Below are positions 6,929-14,956 of a stretch of 44,907 nucleotides of DNA, in pieces. Every line of letters starts with the position of its first letter. Position 1 is the stretch's first letter. The DNA is from an uncultured Flavobacteriales bacterium. GTDB taxonomy: Bacteria > Bacteroidota > Bacteroidia > Flavobacteriales_D > Sanyastnellaceae. Where the stretch lies: positions 1 to 44,907 of the forward strand of contig CALGDB010000028.1 of the NCBI GenBank assembly GCA_937884175.1, given 5' to 3'. The position numbers were made by a program, and so were the translations under genes. The notes beneath the pieces were generated by a model. That model searched no databases. It was not told the origin of the DNA and saw nothing but the letters and a program-made list of their open reading frames with translations.

Positions 6929-9763
6929 ATGATCACCCGTGTTCTTCGCTTGCTCATCATGTTGTGCCCGGCTTTGACGTGCAGTTTACCAGCGGCCATC
7001 GGACAGCTGGATACGGAATTCTGGTTCGTAGCACCCGAGGTATGGGATGGCCACGGTGACGATCCCATTTTGCTTCGCTTTTCAACGCTCGGAGAACCCG
7101 CTGAAGTCACGGTGGAGTTGCCGGCCAATCCGACCTTTACAGTTCAAACACTCAACATCGCTGCTAACGGAACGCAAACCTTGGACCTCACGCCATGGTT
7201 AGGAGACATTGAAAACAAGCCGTTCAACACAATTTTGGACAAAGGCCTTCGCATTACTTCCGATGCACCTGTGACTGCTTATTATGAAATCAACCACCCA
7301 AACAATCCCGATATTTTTGCCTTGAAGGGGGCATCTGCTTTGGGAGAAATATTCTTCGTGCCCTTCCAAAACTACTTGGACAATGTGTACGAACAGTCCA
7401 CAGCCAGTATTGACATTGTGGCAATAGAGGACGGCACTGAAATCACAGTTACACCGACAGCAGCATTAACTGGCTACCCAGCCGGCGTACCAATTGTCAT
7501 TGAATTGAACCAAGGGGAAACCTATGCACTTCGAGCAGCTTCCGTTTTGGCTGCATCGCACCCTTCGGGCACGTTGATCCAAAGCTCCGCACCTATTGCA
7601 GTCACAATCAGTGACGATAGTCTCCTTGGCGCACCCTTCAACCCAAGTGGCTGCTATGACATCATGGGCGACCAAGTCATCCCTGTTGAATTCGCAGGCA
7701 AAGAATACATTGCCATCAAAGGCAACTTGGGTGGGCCCGATAAGGTCTTTATCGTGGGGACCGAGGACAACACGTCCATTTCCATCAATGGAACCAACGT
7801 CTGGACAGTAGATGCCGGAGAGACGTATGCACATACATTGAGCGCGCCTGCGGCCTTCTACGAAACGAGTGCGCCTGTGGTCGCGCTCCACATGACTGGA
7901 TTCGGCTGCGAAGTCGGCGGTGCCATCCTGCCTCCTATTGCTTGCACCGGATCCGATGAAGTAGCCTTCGTCCGGTCGAGCAGTGACTTTATTGGCATGA
8001 AAATCATCGTGCCCTCTGGGGCTGAGGGAGACTTTACGTTCAACGGAAATGCCGGAAACATCAGCGCCGTGAATTTCAGCGATGTTCCGGGAACGGGCGG
8101 TGAATGGATGTACGCCAACATCACTGCGACAGGATTTGTCCCCACTGGCGGCGCATCCCGTTTGACCAACGGTACTGCAAAATTTCACCTTGGTATCATC
8201 AACGGAGGCGCTTCTTCGGGAACGCGCTACGGATACTTCAGCGACTTCTCAAATTACGAGCATTCGACCTTTACATCGGACAATGAACTGTGTGCCGGAG
8301 AGACAGCCGAACTGTTCGCCTCCCCCATTTTGGAGGCCTCCTATGAATGGATCGGACCCAATGGATTTGAAGCAGAAGGCGATGAAATTACAATCGGTCC
8401 GTTAACTCTTGAAGATGCAGGACTATACGTCGTTTCAGGGATGGCCGGCGAATGCGAGATTTTACCGGACACCCTCGAGCTATTTGTTGATCCGCAGCCT
8501 CCCGTACCGGATGTAGTGCCCATCGATACGCTTTGTGAAGGAGATGATTGGTCGTTTACATCCTTGACACCGGCGGACAATTGGATTTGGGAAGATGCTG
8601 AAGGCAATCTCATTTTTGCGGGAGACAGCACTGCCTCCTATTCTAATGCCGACACTTCCGACGCTGGGGAATACACGCTAGTCATCGAGGCCGAATCGTG
8701 TCTTTCTGAGCCGACCATGTTCGAACTCGTGGTGATGCCGAATGTGAGCAGCGCATTTTCCTTGATTCCTGAGTATTGCTTGGACCATGATCCTGCTACC
8801 GCAGTGGCAGACGAATCAGGGGGTGACTGGTCCGCATCGTGCGTAAATTGCATTTCAACCGCCGGACAATTTTCACCCGCCACTGCGGGTACGGGGATGC
8901 ACACCATCACTTACACCATACCGGGAGGTTGCGGAACAACGACGGATGCTACGGTCACCGTTCACGCCCTGCCCGATGCCGATTTCACGTATGCACCTGC
9001 TGAAGGATGTGCACCCGCGCTAATTGAGTGCAGCGCACCGGTGAATCCGAGCATTGTGGACTGCCAATGGACTTACAACACCAATGGCGTGGGGGAATCC
9101 ATGGACTGTGAAGAGAACCTTTTTGTCATTGAAAACCCGGGGTGCTACCTGATGAGCCATACCGTTTTGGATAACAATGGGTGTACGAACACAGCTGCGG
9201 CTGAAGAACTGCTTTGCCTCGGTGCTCCGCCTACTTCAGCGTTCAATTTATCCCCCGCGCAGGCATCCATCTTCGACACCAATATCGAGGCATGGGCTTC
9301 GGATTCCGTCCCGACAAATACGTACACGTGGCATGTGGACGAAACGCTTATGGGACAAGGCACTTATCAATCCTTTTCAATTCCTGATATTGGCTTGGAC
9401 CTGTTCCAACTTTGCTTGGAAGCAGAAGACAGTCTGGGCTGCTCGTCCTTAACGTGCGCCGTGATTGACTTGACAGAGGGGCTGAATGCTTTCGCTCCTA
9501 ATGCCTTCACTCCTGATAACGATGGACAAAACGACGCGTGGCGCATGTACATCAGCGGCGCGGTCACGCACTTTGAACTGCACATTTATGACCGGTGGGG
9601 TTCCCTGGTCTTCGCCTCTGAAGATCCCGAGGCACACTGGGTGGGCGACGTACAAGGAGGCGACCATTTTGCACCCGATGGCGTCTACCACTACGAGGCC
9701 GTGCTGCGGGACGATGCTTATGCCATCAAAACTTTGCAAGGCCACATCTTGTTGATTCGCTGA
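6929..9763 (+). CDS. T9SS type-B surface protein, paralog of the 2641 gene (same N-terminal module, different repeat array)
   Basis: ATG at 6929 (track TTG at 6905) with signal MITRVLRLLIMLCPALTCSLPAAIGQ. The N-terminal roughly 450 aa are collinear with the 2641 product (DTEFWFVAPEVW, ITISDDSL, EYIAIKGNL.GPDKVF, GFGCEVGGA(L/I)LPPI.CTGS.EVAF, HLGIINGGASSGTRYGYFS). The type-B CTD is APNAFTPDNDGQNDAW..IYDRWGSLVF..GVYHYEA..GHILLIR. Confidence 0.85.
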   Translation: MITRVLRLLIMLCPALTCSLPAAIGQLDTEFWFVAPEVWDGHGDDPILLRFSTLGEPAEVTVELPANPTFTVQTLNIAANGTQTLDLTPWLGDIENKPFNTILDKGLRITSDAPVTAYYEINHPNNPDIFALKGASALGEIFFVPFQNYLDNVYEQSTASIDIVAIEDGTEITVTPTAALTGYPAGVPIVIELNQGETYALRAASVLAASHPSGTLIQSSAPIAVTISDDSLLGAPFNPSGCYDIMGDQVIPVEFAGKEYIAIKGNLGGPDKVFIVGTEDNTSISINGTNVWTVDAGETYAHTLSAPAAFYETSAPVVALHMTGFGCEVGGAILPPIACTGSDEVAFVRSSSDFIGMKIIVPSGAEGDFTFNGNAGNISAVNFSDVPGTGGEWMYANITATGFVPTGGASRLTNGTAKFHLGIINGGASSGTRYGYFSDFSNYEHSTFTSDNELCAGETAELFASPILEASYEWIGPNGFEAEGDEITIGPLTLEDAGLYVVSGMAGECEILPDTLELFVDPQPPVPDVVPIDTLCEGDDWSFTSLTPADNWIWEDAEGNLIFAGDSTASYSNADTSDAGEYTLVIEAESCLSEPTMFELVVMPNVSSAFSLIPEYCLDHDPATAVADESGGDWSASCVNCISTAGQFSPATAGTGMHTITYTIPGGCGTTTDATVTVHALPDADFTYAPAEGCAPALIECSAPVNPSIVDCQWTYNTNGVGESMDCEENLFVIENPGCYLMSHTVLDNNGCTNTAAAEELLCLGAPPTSAFNLSPAQASIFDTNIEAWASDSVPTNTYTWHVDETLMGQGTYQSFSIPDIGLDLFQLCLEAEDSLGCSSLTCAVIDLTEGLNAFAPNAFTPDNDGQNDAWRMYISGAVTHFELHIYDRWGSLVFASEDPEAHWVGDVQGGDHFAPDGVYHYEAVLRDDAYAIKTLQGHILLIR

Positions 9764-12318
9764 TGATTCGATTCAACCCAACTACCTACTTAATTGCCGC
9801 TGCAGCCACCTTGCTGCTTTGTACTTGTTCCCCGATGAAGCCTGAGGCTACGGCATCGGTTGAATTCAAGAAACTAAAGCCATTCGAAGCCGAAGCCTGG
9901 AAGTGGTCGGCACCCGATGCGAACTGGGATGCGTGGCATGCCGCGCACCTCTTGGACGAAGTCGATCGGTGGAAGCACGAGTACACGGCACAGGGAGCTG
10001 AAACGCGGACCATCGAAGGAGAGTGGCGATTGGAAGGCCCCACGAATATTGGCGGTCGGTTCAATTTTATCCGACAACACCCCGATGACCCTGTGACGCT
10101 TTTCGCAGGCAGCAGCGCTGGCGGCCTTTGGAAGGGGTCAAACAGTAGCACGTGGCAATCCCTGACAGAAGATTTTCCTGCCATGGCCATGGGTGATTTG
10201 GCCTTTTACCCCGGCAACCCAGACCGGATATTCTTGGCCACCGGCGACCCGCAGATCAGCAGTTTTCCGCGCATCGGAAACGGAATCTACCGATCATTGG
10301 ACGGCGGTGGCTCGTGGGAAAACATGGGGCTGGACTCCATGGGCGTCATCAGCAAATTGCTGTTTGTTCCTGGATTAGACGGTGCGGCTCCCGTGCTCTT
10401 CGCTGGAGCAATGGGAAACCCCGCCCAGCCTAACGCGTACCGTGGGCTGTTTCGGAGCGCAGATGCGGGGGTAAACTGGGAACAGGTCTTGCTGCCCAAT
10501 GATTCTGCGGGTGTAACCGACCTGCTTTACGACCCCGATACGGAGGCCATATACGCCGCTGCGTGGCAGCGAACACGTAACTCGATGGCCAGTGAGGTGT
10601 GGGGACCGCATTGCCGCATTTGGAAATCATTGGACAACGGAACCAACTGGCAAGTCCTGCCCAATCCCTGGGGTCAAGGGGAACGCGGGCGCATAGGATT
10701 GGCCCACTCGCCCCAAGGCGTCTACGCCCTCGTAGTCGGACAAGACAGCCAACTGGACAACCTTTATCGCACCACCGATGGTGGAGAAACGTGGAGCGCC
10801 ATCATTCCGGAAGACAACGTTCCCGAAAACGCCTTGGGTGGATTCGGTTGGTATTTCTCGAAAGTGCGCATCAACCCGTTCAATCCAGATGACATCACCA
10901 TCCTCGGTGTGAACCTGTGGAATTCCGTCAACGGCGGAGCCAACTGGAACCTTATGGGGCCGGAATGGTGGACGTATGAAGTTCACGCCGACAAGCACGA
11001 CCTGCAGTGGCTGGGGTCGGAGACTTGCATTTTGGCCACCGACGGCGGGCTGTACAAAACCGAAGACCACGGCGCGACGTGGGAAGACCTCGAAGACATA
11101 CCCGTTACCCAGTTTTACCGCGCCACATGGAATCCGCACAACCCTGGATTCTACACAGCCGGCGCACAAGACAACGGAACAACCACGGGTAATTACGAAG
11201 ACTTGGGTGGATGGACCCGCGACCTCGGCGGCGATGGCTTCACCGCCATCTACCACCCGACCGATCCCGCACTGCGTTATGCCGGATACCAATGGGGCAA
11301 TTGGCGGTTCAGCTTGACCGGTCCCGATGAAGAACCCCTTTGGAACGACTTCACCTACGGTATTGAGGAAGAGGACCGTGTGTGGTGGGATGCGCCCTTG
11401 ATTTACCACCCGTCCAATCCCGATGAAATGTGGACTGGTTCTCAACGTGTGTACCGCATGGAAGACGCTCCCGTCGGCGTGTGGGAGCCAATCAGCGAGG
11501 ACCTCACGTACGCCACCGAAACGGGCCTGTCCTATCGTTGTATAAGCGCCCTCGCTGGGTCGCATTACGATGCGGATGTCGTTGCTGCTGGAACGACGGA
11601 TGGCCGAGTGTGGATTTCGCTGGACCACGGAGATTCTTGGCAACCCATGGAAACGGGGTTGCCGGGGCAATTCGTCACGGACGTCGAGTTTGACCCCTAC
11701 CACCCGGACTCCATGTTCTGCTCGGTGAGCGGTTACCGGAACGCGGTGTACTCCCCTTTCATATTCCGCGCCGCAATCGGAGGAGAATGGCAGCCCATCC
11801 AAGGCGATTTGCCCGAGCATCCCGTGAATCAAATTCACGCACTCAACGACAGCGTTTGGGTGATTACGACCGACGCGGGCGTGTTCGCCACATTTAATCG
11901 TGGAGCGAATTGGCAACCCGTGGGCACCTTGCCCACCATTCCGGTTTACGATGTCGACGCGGACACGATCACAAAACGGCTCATTGCGGGCACGTTCGCG
12001 CGGAGCTTATTGAGCTTCCCACTCGACTCGTTGCTCCCCGCACCTGAAGTGGTTGAGCCAAACGCAGTTGAAAATTTCGAAGAACCGGCGTATTGGGCGT
12101 ATCCCAACCCGTTCACAAGCACCCTCAACCTCAGCTTGGAGAAGGATGTCAAATCCGTGCGCGTGGTCGACTTCAGCGGCCGCATCGTTCACGAGCAGAA
12201 CGTGGCCAACGCGTCATCGTTGGTCGTGCCGTCAGGCGCGTGGCCAGCCGGTAAATACGCAGTGATACTGGAAACGGCGACCGGACCCCGTTCGCTTCAA
12301 GTCATTAAAGGGCAGTGA
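9763..12318 (+). CDS. BNR/Asp-box repeat (sortilin/GH74-like double propeller) protein with T9SS type-A CTD
   Basis: There are eight Asp-box-like motifs: SLDGGGSW, SADAGVNW, SLDNGTNW, TTDGGETW, SVNGGANW, TEDHGATW, SLDHGDSW, FNRGANW. The C-terminus is YPNPFTSTLNLSL..VRVVDFSGRIV..GKYAVILETATGPRSLQVIK. The ATG shares one nt with the upstream TGA (TGATG at 9761-9765). Confidence 0.85.
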   Translation: MIRFNPTTYLIAAAATLLLCTCSPMKPEATASVEFKKLKPFEAEAWKWSAPDANWDAWHAAHLLDEVDRWKHEYTAQGAETRTIEGEWRLEGPTNIGGRFNFIRQHPDDPVTLFAGSSAGGLWKGSNSSTWQSLTEDFPAMAMGDLAFYPGNPDRIFLATGDPQISSFPRIGNGIYRSLDGGGSWENMGLDSMGVISKLLFVPGLDGAAPVLFAGAMGNPAQPNAYRGLFRSADAGVNWEQVLLPNDSAGVTDLLYDPDTEAIYAAAWQRTRNSMASEVWGPHCRIWKSLDNGTNWQVLPNPWGQGERGRIGLAHSPQGVYALVVGQDSQLDNLYRTTDGGETWSAIIPEDNVPENALGGFGWYFSKVRINPFNPDDITILGVNLWNSVNGGANWNLMGPEWWTYEVHADKHDLQWLGSETCILATDGGLYKTEDHGATWEDLEDIPVTQFYRATWNPHNPGFYTAGAQDNGTTTGNYEDLGGWTRDLGGDGFTAIYHPTDPALRYAGYQWGNWRFSLTGPDEEPLWNDFTYGIEEEDRVWWDAPLIYHPSNPDEMWTGSQRVYRMEDAPVGVWEPISEDLTYATETGLSYRCISALAGSHYDADVVAAGTTDGRVWISLDHGDSWQPMETGLPGQFVTDVEFDPYHPDSMFCSVSGYRNAVYSPFIFRAAIGGEWQPIQGDLPEHPVNQIHALNDSVWVITTDAGVFATFNRGANWQPVGTLPTIPVYDVDADTITKRLIAGTFARSLLSFPLDSLLPAPEVVEPNAVENFEEPAYWAYPNPFTSTLNLSLEKDVKSVRVVDFSGRIVHEQNVANASSLVVPSGAWPAGKYAVILETATGPRSLQVIKGQ

Positions 12319-13611
12319 TTACCGCACCCAAAAACGGTGGGATTCCGTCGTGCCGGGAATCCGGATGAAGTGTAGTCCAGAGACCATGTTAACAGTAGGC
12401 ACAGCGAACCATTCGCCTGCACCTGCGGCCGTTTGAATGAACCGTCCGCTTGCATCATACACCTCGTAGGTCCATGCTACACTCGGAGAAGAAAGCCATT
12501 GGATTTGCACCACCTCACCTGCGTTTATGGCCGTGGGGAACGCACGCCACTGGCCGTATTGAGTCTGCAGCCATTCGGCAACCCCTACGGCTTCGTAGTC
12601 ATAAGGACCGCATACAGGCTCGTAGTCAGAGCATATCCAGCTGGATAGCGCTCCAGAAATAGTACCCAATGTTTCATAGTATGCATCAGAATCCGTGATG
12701 TGCGGGGCATGTCCCGCCCCTTCTATTTCAGTTAAGCAACTTTCAATCCCCAACGCTTGCGCTGCTTCATGAATCATCGCACTCCCATCCACTTCCGTAA
12801 TGGGGAAGCCGCTCAGCATGATCATTCCATTGCTAAACGGCACCGTTTCATCATTGGTTCCATGCACGGAAACTATGGGAGCATCACCTTCACTCATGAA
12901 GTCAACCGTCTTCAGTGCCCCACCGATATTGACAACACCCGCAATTGCGCTGCTGTAGCCGGGGTTGCCAGACTCGCCTTCCAGTCCTCCACCCATGCCC
13001 GGCTGAGATTGATCGACTTGAGGAGGGATCTCTGATTCCTCATCGATAGACGCCATGTGCAAGCCGATGAATGCTCCTGCGGATACCCCTCCCAAATAAA
13101 TATGATCGGTGTTTACGCCCCACGGATTACCACCCTCTTCCACCGTTTTTCGAAAAAAGCGAACTGCGGCCTTCCCGTCGTGATATGCGCGCCAAACGGA
13201 ACGCACCAAGGCATTCGAGACATCTAGGAAATTGTCCACGCCAACACGGTACGACATGGAGGCGACGACATACCCCATCTTGGCCAAGTCTTCACAAAGT
13301 GGCACGACATCCACACCGGCGTTGTCACCGCCAATGAAGAACCCTCCGTGCCCCATGATGATCAAAGGCCTACTCTCGTGCACATCTCCTTCCGGTTCGT
13401 AGATGTCAACGACAAGGCTTTGATTCAATCCCGTTGTGTTAATCGCATTGCCGTATTCGACGTCGTAAGAGACATTAAAATTTTCGAACGCAGAAGTGAA
13501 TCGATAGCGGGTTCCGTTGCAGTCATCAACTTGAGCGTGAACTGGAACGAACAACAAGGCGACGAAGAGGGCAATGGCCGCAGACCGCAACGGCAAGGAG
13601 AAATGTTTCAT
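12319..13611 (-). CDS. Secreted alpha/beta-hydrolase (esterase/lipase type) with T9SS type-A-like CTD
   Basis: ATG at 13611 gives the signal MKHFSLPLRSAAIALFVALLFVPVHAQ. It has the oxyanion HGG motif (IIMGHGGFFIGGD) and the nucleophile elbow GGVSAGA (G-x-S-x-G). The C-terminal roughly 75 aa are beta-rich (..YEVYDASGRFI..GLHFIRIPG..RFWVR). Confidence 0.8.
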   Translation of the reverse strand: MKHFSLPLRSAAIALFVALLFVPVHAQVDDCNGTRYRFTSAFENFNVSYDVEYGNAINTTGLNQSLVVDIYEPEGDVHESRPLIIMGHGGFFIGGDNAGVDVVPLCEDLAKMGYVVASMSYRVGVDNFLDVSNALVRSVWRAYHDGKAAVRFFRKTVEEGGNPWGVNTDHIYLGGVSAGAFIGLHMASIDEESEIPPQVDQSQPGMGGGLEGESGNPGYSSAIAGVVNIGGALKTVDFMSEGDAPIVSVHGTNDETVPFSNGMIMLSGFPITEVDGSAMIHEAAQALGIESCLTEIEGAGHAPHITDSDAYYETLGTISGALSSWICSDYEPVCGPYDYEAVGVAEWLQTQYGQWRAFPTAINAGEVVQIQWLSSPSVAWTYEVYDASGRFIQTAAGAGEWFAVPTVNMVSGLHFIRIPGTTESHRFWVR

Positions 13612-13633
13612 CTTTGATAGCAGGTTTAAGTTT

Positions 13634-13650
13634 CGTGTCAATCTGACACG
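13634..13650. promoter_or_regulatory. Perfect 7-3-7 palindrome CGTGTCA-atc-TGACACG in a divergent intergenic region
   Basis: Read directly from the sequence. It lies between the esterase start (13611) and the PNGase F-like start (13669). It is a candidate operator or 5'-leader hairpin. Confidence 0.25.
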
Positions 13651-13668
13651 GATAAAACTACAAAAGCT

Positions 13669-14865
13669 ATGACGAAGTTCTTTCCTTGGTCGATTGGTAT
13701 GGTTGTTTTTGCCCTGTTTTCGTGTCATTCACCTCAAGGTCAAGAGCGGGATGCCACCGTTCTGTGCATGGACAGCACGCACATCTTTTTTGCGCCATCT
13801 ACCAACTGGGACTCCCTCCGTGCGGACGATGGCTGGCGCCGCTGGGACAACGGACGGTTCATGACGCGTAAAATCGGCATTCCCTCTTTTGACATCCGGC
13901 CGACCATCACCGCTCACGTAACGTTGAGATCCGCCGGTGATCCTTGGGATAAATCGGGTTCGTTGGTCCTGCTTCCTGATGCGGCTCTCAATTTGCTGGA
14001 TGTGGGATTTGCCCGGGACACCTTAGCGCATGCAAACTATCTGGGCATTGCCCTAAACGAGGCGGGCTCCGGATTCCAACCCACCCTTGAGCTGTTACGC
14101 TTCATCACCCCATTCGGCGTAGGCCATTTCAGCGTGTCTGAACGGCTGGACGAATACAAACCCGTCTACATCCCCGTTTGGGAGGACTCGGTGCATTGGA
14201 CAGCGGACATCAGCCATCTGTGGGAAGCGCTGGGTGATTCTGCGACGCTTGGGGTGTACATCGATACGTGGACAAGCGAAGGGTACACCCTTGATGTTGA
14301 ACTGGATTTCGACCCCAATCCCGCGACGGTCATTCCGGGCAAATCGTTGGCCACCCTCCCGCTCGTGAACACGTCAAAATTTGGAAGCGAACAAACCGCC
14401 TACGACGGATTTGCGAGAGCGCCTTTAGTGGTGAATGTGGCCCTCGACGAACCAGCGGCCAATGCGGTCCTGCACTACACCGCTACCGGACACGGCGGTC
14501 ATGGAACGGGTGATGAATTTGTGCGTTGCGAACACCACGTCACTTGGGATGGCGAGACGTGCCTGTCATTTACGCCATGGAGGGACGACTGTGCGAGCTT
14601 TCGGCGGTTCAACCCCACATCCGGGGTTTGGATGGAACGCACTTACTGGAGGGGAGACAGCCTCGATGAACGCATTGCATCGAGTGATTATTCGCGTTCG
14701 GGATGGTGCCCAGGTAGCGATGTACCGCCGGTGCGAGTGTCCTTGGGGGACCTTAACGCCGGAATGCATGAATTGATTATCGATGTGCCGACCGCACAAC
14801 GGTTCACTGAATCCGAAATGAACTTTTGGAACGTGGCGGCCTACTTGACGTATGAGCGCCTGTGA
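13669..14865 (+). CDS. Peptide-N-glycosidase F (PNGase F) family lipoprotein
   Basis: The lipoprotein signal is ..VVFALFSC. Blocks are collinear with my memory of Elizabethkingia PNGase F: LRFITPFGVG (cf. GRFITPYWVG), LGVYIDTWTSEGYTLDVELDF (cf. LKIYTETWLAKGREYSVDFDI), TATGHGGHGTGDEF.RCEH (cf. ISGWGHA...CAEWCFRTH) and SGWCPGSDVPPVRV (cf. AGWCPGMAVPTRI). Confidence 0.7.
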   Translation: MTKFFPWSIGMVVFALFSCHSPQGQERDATVLCMDSTHIFFAPSTNWDSLRADDGWRRWDNGRFMTRKIGIPSFDIRPTITAHVTLRSAGDPWDKSGSLVLLPDAALNLLDVGFARDTLAHANYLGIALNEAGSGFQPTLELLRFITPFGVGHFSVSERLDEYKPVYIPVWEDSVHWTADISHLWEALGDSATLGVYIDTWTSEGYTLDVELDFDPNPATVIPGKSLATLPLVNTSKFGSEQTAYDGFARAPLVVNVALDEPAANAVLHYTATGHGGHGTGDEFVRCEHHVTWDGETCLSFTPWRDDCASFRRFNPTSGVWMERTYWRGDSLDERIASSDYSRSGWCPGSDVPPVRVSLGDLNAGMHELIIDVPTAQRFTESEMNFWNVAAYLTYERL

Positions 14866-14917
14866 GGCGTTGGTTTCGTCCGTTTTATGTCCGACCTTTG
14901 CGTCCGCTTTGAAATTC

Positions 14918-14936
14918 CGATTTGCACGGCAAATCG
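14918..14936. promoter_or_regulatory. Perfect 8-3-8 palindrome CGATTTGC-acg-GCAAATCG upstream of icd
   Basis: Read directly from the sequence. It lies 53 nt after the PNGase F-like stop and 20 nt before the icd ATG. It could be an operator, a leader hairpin, or a weak AU-rich terminator followed by CTCTTGATTTCG. Confidence 0.25.
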
Positions 14937-14956
14937 CTCTTGATTTCGACTAACCC

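Noticed and set aside
9763-9850. Possible lipoprotein signal (LLLCTCS) on the BNR protein, which would conflict with its T9SS CTD.
   Set aside because: The residues before the Cys do not fit a lipobox (the -1 position is Leu or Thr rather than Gly/Ala/Ser). An ordinary signal peptidase I site is equally plausible, so no dual-targeting claim is made.
10627-11916. Long antisense ORFs opposite real genes. Examples are 10627..11916 (429 aa), 24127..25299 (390 aa), 7466..8188, 4767..5300, 15664..16323, 28911..29486, 36315..36950, 39154..39888 and 37376..37924.
   Set aside because: Each lies fully inside a longer ORF on the other strand that has clear family motifs. Their products are Arg/Gly/Val/His-rich low-complexity sequences, typical of stop-poor shadow frames in GC-rich coding DNA.
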